This document shows positions 1 through 9,479 of a stretch of DNA of 39,036 bases, piece by piece; the first letter of the stretch is position 1, and the number at the start of each line of letters is the position of its first letter. The notes under the pieces were generated by a model. The model did no database searches and had not been told where the DNA came from. It saw only the letters and a program-made list of their open reading frames with translations. Made by a program: the position numbers and the translations under genes. Source of the DNA: a virus (lineage: Duplodnaviria; Caudoviricetes). The DNA is taken from positions 1 through 39,036 of IMG/VR virus record IMGVR_UViG_3300029145_000009. One strand, given 5' to 3'.

Positions 1-17
1 GTTTCCCAGTCACGATC
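1..17 (+). other. Library primer artefact (Round A/B / SISPA random-amplification primer B, GTTTCCCAGTCACGATC)
   Basis: The first 17 nt are exactly GTTTCCCAGTCACGATC, the M13-derived tag of Round A/B random amplification, and sit at the contig end. Confidence 0.9.
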
Positions 18-673
18 AGTTTGAGCGTGGAGACGATGGGAAACTAACATTACCTGAAGGTAGTGAAGTTTCACCTGAGTTAGAATACGCAGCAAGAGCT
101 GAAATTCGTCGACGTGATACGCATTCGTCGTATAGTAAAATTAAAAATGAGAACATTGAGCTTAAAAATGAGAACCTCGCTATCTCTGAACAATGGGAAG
201 AAGACTATTTAGCTAATGCACCAGTTGCAGACAAAGCTGAGTTAGCTGAACTGAAGACTACGGATCCAGACGCGTATATTGCTAAAATTGAAGAGTTGAA
301 AAGTAAGGCAAAAACTGATTTCGAAGCTAAGAAAACTAAAGTAGCAACAGAAATTAAAAAAGAGACTAAATTACAACGGCGTAAACGATTAGTTGAAGAG
401 TATAACGCAAAACACCCAGACGCCCCTTTAACTGATGATATTATAGAAAATGACGTTCCACCGCGCATTACAGCACAATTAGCTAATGGTGAGATTAATT
501 TCGAGCAATTTTTAGCTAAAATTGATAAATATTTGAATACGGGTAAGTCTTTAGGTGATATAAAAGAAGCTAAAAATAAGCCAAATCTTAGCAATACAAG
601 AGGCAATAGTACGCCAACCAAAGAAGCTATAGCTTCTGATATTAAAGAGTCGTATAAAAATGTCATTTTTTAG
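2..673 (+). CDS. Probable capsid scaffolding protein, 5'-truncated
   Basis: The frame of track ORF 296..673 is open back to base 2 (..ERGDDGKLTLPEGSEVSPELEYAARAEIRRRDT..). Charged and helical, immediately upstream of the major capsid gene. Confidence 0.6.
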   Translation, partial: FPSHDQFERGDDGKLTLPEGSEVSPELEYAARAEIRRRDTHSSYSKIKNENIELKNENLAISEQWEEDYLANAPVADKAELAELKTTDPDAYIAKIEELKSKAKTDFEAKKTKVATEIKKETKLQRRKRLVEEYNAKHPDAPLTDDIIENDVPPRITAQLANGEINFEQFLAKIDKYLNTGKSLGDIKEAKNKPNLSNTRGNSTPTKEAIASDIKESYKNVIF

Positions 674-702
674 TGTACTTTTTATATAAATTCTGTTATA
701 AT
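673..702 (+). promoter_or_regulatory. Sigma70-type promoter of the capsid operon (GTGTAC-N18-TATAAT, extended -10 TGnTATAAT)
   Basis: GTGTAC 673-678, TG 694-695, TATAAT 697-702. The same motif recurs at 11934 (+) and 32595 (-). Confidence 0.7.
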
Positions 703-849
703 TATTTAGATTTTAGCCTAATTCCATATTTATATGCCTAGGTACTAAAAGTACTACTGCGGTCACCACTATTGTTGGATTCACCGTGCTCAAAGTTAAA
801 CTACTATGGGTGCGGTTAGCACTCTAACTAAATTAAGAAGGTGAAAGCT

Positions 850-2022
850 ATGGCTACAGCAGTAGTTCCATTAAATTCTGACCTGAAGCGTCGTAAGTGG
901 ATGCGTGAAGGTCTTGTTCAAGCTTCTTCTGTTTCTTTCTGGACTCCTCTAACTGGCAATACTAAAAATGCCATTGTTTATCAAGAAAACAATGAGAATT
1001 CGACTGCTGGACATACTGTTGTATTTGATTACGACGGTAATTTATCTGGTAAAGCTATTAAAGGTAAAGAGACTGCGTTTGGTAAAGGCGAACAGAAAAA
1101 GAAATTTTCTGACAAAATCACAGTTGAACGATACCGTTTGGTAGCAGACAATGGTGATAAATTCGACGGCGTTGATATCGGTGATTTAACTATCAACGAA
1201 CATTCTGATTCTCGTAGCAAACTGGGTGACTTATTTGTTCGATTCAAAGATCAATCATTATTCGATGCTGCGCAAGGTAATTTAAACACTAACGATGACG
1301 GTGTTCAAGCACCTACTCACATAATTGATCTAGGTAATTCGTTTACGTTCAATAACTTACTAACTATTGAAAAAACGTTACGTACATCTAATGGTTTTAC
1401 GACTGGTGAAGTACGTCGACCATTAGACCCGTACAATTTTCGTCGATTCCAAGGCGAAGCGTATGGACAACATCCAATGTGGTTGTTTGTAATTGATGCA
1501 GCTATGGCTAATTTATTGCGGTCAGACACTGCAGGTTATCAAACAATTGTACGTTCAGGTGACTGGCGTGGTGCAACTAACCGTAACATCTCTGGTGTTA
1601 TTGGTACATTAGGCGCATTGATGATTGTTGAAGCTAATCAATTCTTCGGCAGTACTGCAGGCAGTGCTACAGGTTGGCAGTTAGACGATTCTGAAATTGA
1701 ACTGTGCGGTTTACGTCAATATGCAGGTGCAAATCCTGCGACAGCTCCTTGGACTGGTCAAGAAGGTTTTGACTACGATAGTAATGAATTGCACTCGCGT
1801 GGAATCATCATGGGTCGTGGTGCATTACAATGTGCATTTGGCAAACAACCTGATTACCGCTTCCAAGCTTCGCAAGATTTCGGTATTAAATCTGAGTCTG
1901 CTGTTGAGTTTTGGATGGAATCACGTAAGACTAAACTCAAAGCAGAAAATGAGAAGTACAAAGCTGCTAAGATATCTGATATCGACTACGGTGTTGTCGC
2001 AGTTGATGTGGAGGTACAATAA
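850..2022 (+). CDS. Major capsid protein (N4-gp56/DUF4043-like HK97-fold family)
   Basis: 390 aa from ATG 850, with SD AAGAAGGTG at 835-843. Motifs GHTVVFDYDGNLSG..KGKETAFGKGE and GVIGTLGALMIVE..GRGALQCAFG. Follows the scaffold gene. Confidence 0.85.
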   Translation: MATAVVPLNSDLKRRKWMREGLVQASSVSFWTPLTGNTKNAIVYQENNENSTAGHTVVFDYDGNLSGKAIKGKETAFGKGEQKKKFSDKITVERYRLVADNGDKFDGVDIGDLTINEHSDSRSKLGDLFVRFKDQSLFDAAQGNLNTNDDGVQAPTHIIDLGNSFTFNNLLTIEKTLRTSNGFTTGEVRRPLDPYNFRRFQGEAYGQHPMWLFVIDAAMANLLRSDTAGYQTIVRSGDWRGATNRNISGVIGTLGALMIVEANQFFGSTAGSATGWQLDDSEIELCGLRQYAGANPATAPWTGQEGFDYDSNELHSRGIIMGRGALQCAFGKQPDYRFQASQDFGIKSESAVEFWMESRKTKLKAENEKYKAAKISDIDYGVVAVDVEVQ

Positions 2023-2024
2023 TC

Positions 2025-2462
2025 ATGACTGATTTACGACGTGAAAAACGCTTTTTCCAAAAGAAACAAGAGTGTTTCTTTGCAGGAGAAGCAAATGAAG
2101 GCACAGAAAACGGTGAATTCCCTGCAGTTAATGGTAATCATCAGCTTGCAAATTTACCACCTGATGCCATTATCACTAATGCTTATATCCATGTAGAAAC
2201 AGCATCGGATGCTGCTATTTCTGCAGTAGCAACACTTGGTACAACTTCAGGCGGTACTGAGATTCTATCTGCTGCAGACTTAACTACAGTTGGTGAGCAA
2301 GGCACATTCACAGGTCAATCTCTAACTGGTACAGGAGTTACTTTATGGTTAGGTTTGGCTTATGTCGGTGCAGCTACTAATGTAGGTAAGTACAAAGTGG
2401 TTGTTGAGTATCTCGAGTATCGTAAGAATACTGGTGATTATACTCAAATCCCTACTGTGTAA
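2025..2462 (+). CDS. Capsid decoration/cement-like protein
   Basis: 145 aa, beta-rich (LANLPPDAIITNAYIHVETA...GKYKVVVEY), directly after the capsid gene with SD GGAGG. Confidence 0.6.
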   Translation: MTDLRREKRFFQKKQECFFAGEANEGTENGEFPAVNGNHQLANLPPDAIITNAYIHVETASDAAISAVATLGTTSGGTEILSAADLTTVGEQGTFTGQSLTGTGVTLWLGLAYVGAATNVGKYKVVVEYLEYRKNTGDYTQIPTV

Positions 2463-2471
2463 TAGTTCAAA

Positions 2472-2495
2472 TAAGGCTACTTTCGAGTAGCCTTA
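2472..2495 (+). terminator. Perfect 10-bp stem with UUCG tetraloop (terminator, attenuator or mRNA-stabilising hairpin)
   Basis: TAAGGCTACT-TTCG-AGTAGCCTTA after the capsid and decoration genes. No U-tract follows. Confidence 0.6.
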
Positions 2496-2506
2496 GGGAT
2501 ATCATA

Positions 2507-5500
2507 ATGTCTAGAAGCATAGTAAGACTACCAGGCGCAGAAAATGGCGTACCTCCTGGGGACCTCTTTGATGGTTTCGCTACAGAAGCTGAAATCAGGG
2601 CTATGGATGCTAATGCTTTAGTAGGCCAAATCTGGCGTGCTACTGATACTCGTAATAACCTAAAAGCTATTTCAAGCGCACAATCTACTACTGGTTCTGA
2701 ATATTGGCAACAAATAAACTTTGTGTTCAATTCTGCTACAAATGGATGGGAAAGTCCAGAAGCTATTGATGGTAGTGTAATACAGATTGGCCGTGAAACT
2801 GTTGTAGATGTAATTAATACATCAGGTGTTGTTATTACAGAAGCATTACCTCAGCTTTTAGTTGATACAGGTTCAGTGTCTGAAGCTAATTTCCATGATG
2901 TTGCATTGGCTCGGTCAGTAGATATCGGTGACGGTGCTACTTTTGGTTTATCTACGACTGCAATGGGTATAACTGGAGATACTCGTAAAGGGAAGATAAA
3001 TAAAGCAGGTTATATTAATAATGTAGATATTATTGCTTTAAGTGCAATAGTGGGTGAAACATGGTCTGTAGGTGAACAGCTGTTTGCTCATGGTTCTATA
3101 TTTGGAGCATTAACTAATGTAAGACCTGCAGTAAATATAGTACCTGTTTGTACTGTTAGAGTATTAGGCACATCAGGACAATTATTCGCAAATCAATGTG
3201 ATACGCGAGTTGATGCTTCAGTACAACCTGTTGCATTCAGCAAATATAATTTTACTGGTGATGAAGTATCAGCAGGCTTGATAGCTACTTTTTATGCTTT
3301 ATCATTAGATGATATTGGTACAGTTACAGATGTATCATTAACAACTGCACCTGTACCAGATAATAGTACAGCACCTTTTGAATTAGCTGGGGTACAACGA
3401 GATTTCATAACTACGCCATTTGCAGACGGTACAACTATTGTTGCAGGTGAGCGTAAAGGGCAGGTGCAAGTCGAGCAAGCACCTGCGACAGGCGAAGCAA
3501 AATTTCATTTTGAAGTTTATGAGACTTTACCAGATGGGACACCTATTAGTAGCGGTATACTTGGACAAGATTATAGCTATTTGAATGCTGGACCAGTAAC
3601 TGTCGGTGATTTAGGTGTAGAACCTATTGGAGTATACCACTCTAAAATAGAAAATAAAGATGCAAATGAGGATTTTATTTCTGGAATCTTTGCTCAAATA
3701 GGCCAAGAATATTCTGTAACTCCTGGTAATCGTATTAGAGTACACGGATTAGCTGAAAAGGTAGGTACCCAAGGTGGAGCAGTAACTTATGTTTTATATG
3801 CAGGCGCAGATAGAAATAGTTTTATTGAGACGCCTGCAAATATAACTACTGATACTACCACTAATGTATCAAATGTGCCAGGTACTACTGCAAGTGATGC
3901 ACTTGATGGGTTATATACTTCAAAAGTAGAATGGGTTATTCCTTGGGTACCTGGTACTTATCGTGCCAATACAATGACTAGAATAGGTAATTGGACGACA
4001 ATGTCTAATAAGCTGACAAGTGATTACCCTGTCCCTATTCCAGATGGAATGCCAGATTGGTCTATAGCCCCTGATCCGACTTGGACGACTTCTCAGCTAC
4101 TCGGTGATTTAGCTTTTGGCTATGAATTTGTCGCAGACACAATGTTTGATATACAAGGATGGCGAATTTGGATACCTGCATCTTCAACGAATCAAAATTG
4201 GACTGTTGGCTTATATGATTATAATAATCCGAATAATCCTATATTAATTGGAAGTGAAGAAGTACCACCAGGTCAAGCGGAAGGCTGGTATGAAGTATTA
4301 GATGACGATGAATCTGCACGATTTATAGTTTATCCAGGTGATACGTATCGACTAGTTGTTATAGCTCACGATGAAACTAATGACATTGATTTTACCGACG
4401 TATGGCGAAACATTGATGGTGGAGCGATACCTGGAACAGGCATAGTTACTTTAAATACTGCTACTGGACCTAAAATATTTATCCATAAAACGGCAGCAGT
4501 AGCTGGGACAGGTACTGATCGTAGTGCTGATTTGATACAGCTTGGTGAAGACGATAGAATAAGATTTGAAGAAATTGCACAAGCTTCACGGTATTCACTT
4601 TATAGAGTAATAGGTGCTTCAGTTGATCAGGGTACCTATATTGAAGTACCTGTTCAATTACTAGATGAAGGTCAATCTATAAGAAATAATCGGGATGTTA
4701 GAACAGATTGGACCGTATATGGTGCAGCCACTAATACAAATTATGTCACAGTAGCTGGAGGCATACCTACTTATTTCCCTGTTGGTAACGTGCAAGGATT
4801 TTTAACTCAAATTATAGATGATGTGCTTGATCCAGGTTTAACATTGAATAATGATTTATTCGGTGTTGATATTTTTGGAGAGGAATATACCTTATCAGAT
4901 GATTGGAATATTGTAGCGTTTTCGGGTGTTTCAAGTAATGGGTCTACTAGCAGTGATAGTTCAACAGAACCTGTTAGTTTTGCTGATTTAGTTGGTTATA
5001 GATATCAACATACTAATTCACAATCTTTTACGCTTGGGAAAGCTTCAACTACTTCTCATGTTAGAGACTCAACTGACACATATACTTTGAGTTTTAATGG
5101 TGTTTTAACTTGCGATATTGTGGCAACACAAGGTCCTGGTGGTAGAGATGTTGGATTTTTAAGTAGTCCAGTTTGGTATGCTGTTTACGTGATTGGCGAT
5201 TCGAGCGGTGTTAACCCAACGCAAGTAATAGCTTCAGAATCTTTTACAGGCCCGAGTTTTGCAAGTGCACCAGGGTATGACATTTATCGGTTAGTTAACT
5301 TTTTCCGTCGTTTCAGTTCTGGGATCGTAAGGCAAACGCATACTTCAACTGGCGGTGTAATTCGTGTTGAGTGGAATACTGATTCAAACGATTTAAGTTT
5401 CTTAAATGCAGCCACATCTTCTACCTTGGTTCCTGTCACTGTCAATGATTATACACCTCCTGGAACAAGTATTATGTTATTGGGAGTTGGACCAAAGCAA

Positions 5501-5752
5501 GGTGGTACAAATGCAAATAGCGGTTGTCAGTTAGCACCAAATAATTTAGGTTCTCCGAATCATCAGTGTAGATTCTTTAGATCTGGTATTGCTACGACAT
5601 TGTCGATGAGAACTACTACTGAAATATCATTGGATACCACTTCTTCAACACGTCGTTTTTATTGGAAAGTGCTTGATTTTTCTGTTGGAACGCTGAGTTT
5701 AGTTGCCCGTGGTTGGGTTGTAGATTTAACTACTGATTGGGATAATTTATGA
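2507..5752 (+). CDS. Large multidomain virion fibre/appendage protein
   Basis: 1081 aa, rich in Thr/Gly/Val/Ser and mosaic beta-domains. Contains a linker SNVPGTTASDALDGL typical of fibres. Lies in the structural operon. Confidence 0.55.
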   Translation: MSRSIVRLPGAENGVPPGDLFDGFATEAEIRAMDANALVGQIWRATDTRNNLKAISSAQSTTGSEYWQQINFVFNSATNGWESPEAIDGSVIQIGRETVVDVINTSGVVITEALPQLLVDTGSVSEANFHDVALARSVDIGDGATFGLSTTAMGITGDTRKGKINKAGYINNVDIIALSAIVGETWSVGEQLFAHGSIFGALTNVRPAVNIVPVCTVRVLGTSGQLFANQCDTRVDASVQPVAFSKYNFTGDEVSAGLIATFYALSLDDIGTVTDVSLTTAPVPDNSTAPFELAGVQRDFITTPFADGTTIVAGERKGQVQVEQAPATGEAKFHFEVYETLPDGTPISSGILGQDYSYLNAGPVTVGDLGVEPIGVYHSKIENKDANEDFISGIFAQIGQEYSVTPGNRIRVHGLAEKVGTQGGAVTYVLYAGADRNSFIETPANITTDTTTNVSNVPGTTASDALDGLYTSKVEWVIPWVPGTYRANTMTRIGNWTTMSNKLTSDYPVPIPDGMPDWSIAPDPTWTTSQLLGDLAFGYEFVADTMFDIQGWRIWIPASSTNQNWTVGLYDYNNPNNPILIGSEEVPPGQAEGWYEVLDDDESARFIVYPGDTYRLVVIAHDETNDIDFTDVWRNIDGGAIPGTGIVTLNTATGPKIFIHKTAAVAGTGTDRSADLIQLGEDDRIRFEEIAQASRYSLYRVIGASVDQGTYIEVPVQLLDEGQSIRNNRDVRTDWTVYGAATNTNYVTVAGGIPTYFPVGNVQGFLTQIIDDVLDPGLTLNNDLFGVDIFGEEYTLSDDWNIVAFSGVSSNGSTSSDSSTEPVSFADLVGYRYQHTNSQSFTLGKASTTSHVRDSTDTYTLSFNGVLTCDIVATQGPGGRDVGFLSSPVWYAVYVIGDSSGVNPTQVIASESFTGPSFASAPGYDIYRLVNFFRRFSSGIVRQTHTSTGGVIRVEWNTDSNDLSFLNAATSSTLVPVTVNDYTPPGTSIMLLGVGPKQGGTNANSGCQLAPNNLGSPNHQCRFFRSGIATTLSMRTTTEISLDTTSSTRRFYWKVLDFSVGTLSLVARGWVVDLTTDWDNL

Positions 5753-6102
5753 GTACTAATTTTCAAGTTTTAGTAGAAAATGGTGACGGGCTAATGACTT
5801 CATCAGGTCCAGCAATAGCCTGCGGTAATTATGATGTAACTCAAGACGCAAGATATAATGCATCTACGCATATCGCGGTTATTTTTTCAGAGTTTCAAAC
5901 TATTAATGTACAACATCAAGAAGGTGCGGCGACTATGTCACAATGGAACGGCACTACATTTATTGAAGTAGCACAACCGCCAACACCGAATGACTTAAAA
6001 CCTGTTACATTAGGTGATTTAAAGACTGTAGCATCTACATTAGCTGCAAGTTCTGATGGTAATGATGCTATTGATGCACTTATTACTGAAGTAGATAGTT
6101 AA
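5749..6102 (+). CDS. Hypothetical protein, possible fibre assembly chaperone
   Basis: 117 aa, ATGA-coupled to the fibre gene. Contains a WNGTTFIE..P motif reminiscent of tail-fibre assembly proteins. Confidence 0.4.
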   Translation: MSTNFQVLVENGDGLMTSSGPAIACGNYDVTQDARYNASTHIAVIFSEFQTINVQHQEGAATMSQWNGTTFIEVAQPPTPNDLKPVTLGDLKTVASTLAASSDGNDAIDALITEVDS

Positions 6103-6114
6103 TGGAGATAAATT

Positions 6115-6375
6115 ATGCAAGTATTAATTGAACCTACACAAGATGCGCAAGTTGCGGATGTGAATATAAGTAATGATAGATTTGTAAGCCTAGCTTATAA
6201 TAGTGATGCTGAAGTGATTGATATTGAATTGTTTGTTACACAGACACCAGAAGCAATAAAACCAGCTATTCAATTAACGTCAAGTACTAATTACATACAA
6301 ATAGGTGGACCTGCTACATATCGGATAATCAAACCAGCAACAACTAATGTCGTTGGAGTGTACGTGGAGAAATAA
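6115..6375 (+). CDS. Small hypothetical virion-region protein
   Basis: 86 aa, SD GGAG, beta-rich. Confidence 0.55.
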   Translation: MQVLIEPTQDAQVADVNISNDRFVSLAYNSDAEVIDIELFVTQTPEAIKPAIQLTSSTNYIQIGGPATYRIIKPATTNVVGVYVEK

Positions 6376-7331
6376 TGGCTACTCGAATAGAAAATATCAT
6401 CTTAAGAGCTAGAGATACATTAGCTGATCCGTCTGCTGAACGTTGGTCTGATGCTAGACTATTGCGTTTACTTAGCGAAGCACAAGAAGATATTAATATA
6501 CACCATGAATTGTTAAAAACAACAGTTAAATTACCTTTAATTGTAGGTAAATTCATTTATGATTTACCTTCTGATTGTTATAGAATTCTTAGGGCATCTA
6601 CTGAAGACTATGAAATACCTTTGGTATCATATACTAGCTTGGATGAGCAAGCTCGGCGTGAGATTTATTCTGAAGATATTCTAGATTACTGGCAACGTGA
6701 TAGAGGTTATTCGCCGCGTACAGATTTTGATAATCGACAAGTAGCCTGGGAAGCTGCCGAAGGTAACACTATTCGAGCGTTAGTTTTTGATAATCGTAAC
6801 CCATTAGAAGCTAGACTATATCCTATACCTAACGAAGATATTGCACAAGCAGAATATACGTTTGAAAATGCTGGACCTATATTGTTTGCGGGTGATGAAT
6901 TCTACGGAGTAGTTACGGCAATAGAAGCTACGACAGCTTCAGATAAAGACTATACTTTTGATAGTATCTATGGCGTAGTTACAGATTTGTATGACCCTTT
7001 TGTAGATACTGAAATATTTGAAAGCGTTTATGGTGTAGTGACACAGATTAATGAGACTGAAGGTTTTGTTACTGTGTATTATTCTCAAAATGCTCCAGTT
7101 GTTGAAGCAGCAACTGATACACTAGTTATACCACCTATGTATGATAAAGCTATGAAGTATTATATAATAGCACATGCATACGATGATGATTTTGATACTC
7201 GTAACCAAGAAAAAAGTGTAAAAGCTTTAGGTCTATACCAGCGAGAATTGCAACTAGCAGAAAAATACAATGAAACTGATGGTACTAGAGCTCCACAGTT
7301 TCGTTCTCACTATAGGAGTCCTTTTGAATAA
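6375..7331 (+). CDS. Head-tail adaptor (gatekeeper) protein
   Basis: N-terminus IILRARDTLADPSAERWSDARLLRLLSEAQ, an internal RLYPIP motif and a helical C-terminus, typical of podovirus adaptors. Confidence 0.7.
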   Translation: MATRIENIILRARDTLADPSAERWSDARLLRLLSEAQEDINIHHELLKTTVKLPLIVGKFIYDLPSDCYRILRASTEDYEIPLVSYTSLDEQARREIYSEDILDYWQRDRGYSPRTDFDNRQVAWEAAEGNTIRALVFDNRNPLEARLYPIPNEDIAQAEYTFENAGPILFAGDEFYGVVTAIEATTASDKDYTFDSIYGVVTDLYDPFVDTEIFESVYGVVTQINETEGFVTVYYSQNAPVVEAATDTLVIPPMYDKAMKYYIIAHAYDDDFDTRNQEKSVKALGLYQRELQLAEKYNETDGTRAPQFRSHYRSPFE

Positions 7332-9367
7332 TGACTACTCAACGAATAGTTAAAAAGAATCTAGCTGGCCAAGAAGACATCCTATATGGTGAAGATACTG
7401 TAGTACAAGGCCGAGCAGGTGGTAATTTTGTTATTACTAAAGTACGGAATATTCAACCTGTTAATTCTATTGCTGAATTAGATGCACTTGATGTTAGCAA
7501 ATTTGTTAAAGCTAGACTATATAGTAATAATGGCACACCTCCTATCGATTATGAATATATTGTCGATAAATGGGTGCAAATAACGCCAGACTTAAATCCT
7601 GCAACTGTAAATGAAATGCTTAATAATACTGGGTATTATGCAGGATTAAAGGGAATTAAAACTAAAGAGTATAGTACAGGTAATGGTGGTTCTGGTGTTT
7701 ACGATGCTGTATTAACTTCGAGTATTACACCAAATCCTTTTAATATACTTACGAGTATAGCGGATCCTACTATTAGCTTTGTATTAAGAAATCCGTCTGG
7801 TTTCCTTGATATTGCTGCATGGGGTCCATTTGATGTTGCAGACGCATCCACTATTATGCAATCAGCTGAAACGCAATTTGTAGGTGTTCCACAACATTGG
7901 CCAGCAGGTACATTTCCGATGCAAACACAGATAGTATTAGATACGGCATCTGCTAGTGTATTTAACCAAGGACCACAAATAATAGGTGCAGGTATAGGCC
8001 TTACAGTCTTTGATAATCAAGTATCATCAGGACCTTTATTTGACATAATTGCTGGCGGGACACCTGGATCTAATTTCCTTATGGGTTGTACTCTGCGTAA
8101 CTTTAAGATTATCCGTTCAACATCAGAAACTGATCAGATAGCTATCAGATTAAGAACATCTTATCAAGTAGAGTTAGAGCTAATTCATATTGATGGTATG
8201 ACTGGAACAGGAATTCAAATACCTACTAGTGTAGGTGATAATGATGGTTCTAATATGGTGAACATGAAAAACTGCCGTATTGAAAACTGTACTGGCTGGG
8301 GAATTGATTCTAAGGGTGATCCAGGATTCAATGAGTTTTCTTTCTTTCATATGGAAATGGTGTTCATACAGAATTGTGGTACAACTAGTGCTGCAGCAAC
8401 GCCACCTAGTGGCGGTATGCGGCATAAAGGCCAAATAATGACAATGAATCAGTGTGCTTTCACATTGAATCAAAATTGTGCATTGTTCATACCAGGTGAA
8501 GCTGGATTAGCTCAAACAGTTGATATACAAGATACAACATTTGAGAATAACTTAAATCGTAATATATTATGCACAGGTATTTCGGCGTTTAAAGCTAGAA
8601 ATTTACAACAGTATCATAATAATGATTTTATTGGTATAACCGGTATTGAATTTGACGGTGCTGTTGATACAATAAGACAAATTGATATTGACGGTTGCGT
8701 AGTGAGAGCAACAGAAGACAATAATGCGTTTACAGCTTTTAAAATAAGTGGAGCTAACGTGGAATTCGATACTTGTCGAGTTAAACGTGTTGTTTGGGAT
8801 TTCTTTGATTTTGCAGGTCAAACACGTTTTGATGGTTGGCAGTTTGATCATGTAGTTAATACTTTAGATTTTGTTGTAGCTGCAACTACTTTAATAGAAT
8901 TAAAGCCCTGTCCTACGCGAGGACGAGGTAATAAAATACCGTTACGTTTGACTGGAGGCCAAGGTGGTTCGCCATCTACAACAGGTGAATGGGTAGAGCA
9001 TCAAGTAGCTAATGCCGGTATATCTATAAATAATTCTGGTCTGACAGCTTCGACACGCTATTATTGTTATTTGTATGATAATAATGGTGTGGCCACATTA
9101 GAATTGAGTACAACTGCATTTGTAACAGATGTAGATACAGGGTATCCAGTTAAGATAGGCGATGCTACTAGATATTTTGTCGGTTCTGTTTTAACAGACG
9201 GTGGTAGTTTATTTGAAATAACTGCTACAGGTTGGCTAAATCCGAGAATAACTTTCGATGGCCCTCAAACAGGTGTTCCTATATATAGATGGGCCGAGAC
9301 AACAACGGTTAATAGAATGAAATACGCAGTTGCACCGACTTCGAATACTGATGGGACTGTGTATTAA
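7331..9367 (+). CDS. Tailspike with right-handed beta-helix (pectate-lyase-like depolymerase)
   Basis: 678 aa. N-terminal anchor, then GNGGSGVY..FVLR, HWPAGTF, IIGAGIGLTV and repeated beta-helix rungs (NCRIENCTGWGI, QDTTFENN). Confidence 0.8.
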   Translation: MTTQRIVKKNLAGQEDILYGEDTVVQGRAGGNFVITKVRNIQPVNSIAELDALDVSKFVKARLYSNNGTPPIDYEYIVDKWVQITPDLNPATVNEMLNNTGYYAGLKGIKTKEYSTGNGGSGVYDAVLTSSITPNPFNILTSIADPTISFVLRNPSGFLDIAAWGPFDVADASTIMQSAETQFVGVPQHWPAGTFPMQTQIVLDTASASVFNQGPQIIGAGIGLTVFDNQVSSGPLFDIIAGGTPGSNFLMGCTLRNFKIIRSTSETDQIAIRLRTSYQVELELIHIDGMTGTGIQIPTSVGDNDGSNMVNMKNCRIENCTGWGIDSKGDPGFNEFSFFHMEMVFIQNCGTTSAAATPPSGGMRHKGQIMTMNQCAFTLNQNCALFIPGEAGLAQTVDIQDTTFENNLNRNILCTGISAFKARNLQQYHNNDFIGITGIEFDGAVDTIRQIDIDGCVVRATEDNNAFTAFKISGANVEFDTCRVKRVVWDFFDFAGQTRFDGWQFDHVVNTLDFVVAATTLIELKPCPTRGRGNKIPLRLTGGQGGSPSTTGEWVEHQVANAGISINNSGLTASTRYYCYLYDNNGVATLELSTTAFVTDVDTGYPVKIGDATRYFVGSVLTDGGSLFEITATGWLNPRITFDGPQTGVPIYRWAETTTVNRMKYAVAPTSNTDGTVY

Positions 9368-9396
9368 TTATGCAACTAACTTAATAGGAGAACTAC

Positions 9397-9471
9397 ATGT
9401 CAGGTGGAAGCGGTGGTACTAGACCGAAACCAAAACCTAAACCCAAACCGAAACCTAAGTACAGCGGGTAA
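9397..9471 (+). CDS. 24-aa Gly/Pro-Lys micropeptide MSGGSGGTRPKPKPKPKPKPKYSG (not in ORF track)
   Basis: SD AGGAG 9386-9390, ATG 9397, tandem TAA TAA stops. All four Pro codons are used in the repeat. Confidence 0.75.
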   Translation: MSGGSGGTRPKPKPKPKPKPKYSG

Positions 9472-9479
9472 TAACTATA

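Noticed and set aside
816-842. TTAGCACTC, the left arm of a CIRCE heat-shock operator
   Set aside because: The right arm GAGTGCTAA is absent 9 nt downstream (TAAGAAGGT is there instead).
1697-2032. Out-of-frame ORF in the capsid gene as a T7 10B-like frameshift product
   Set aside because: It ends only 10 nt past the capsid stop, would replace conserved capsid sequence, and I saw no convincing slippery site.
9370-9384. Tiny ORF MQLT before the micropeptide
   Set aside because: Four codons with no SD, expected by chance.
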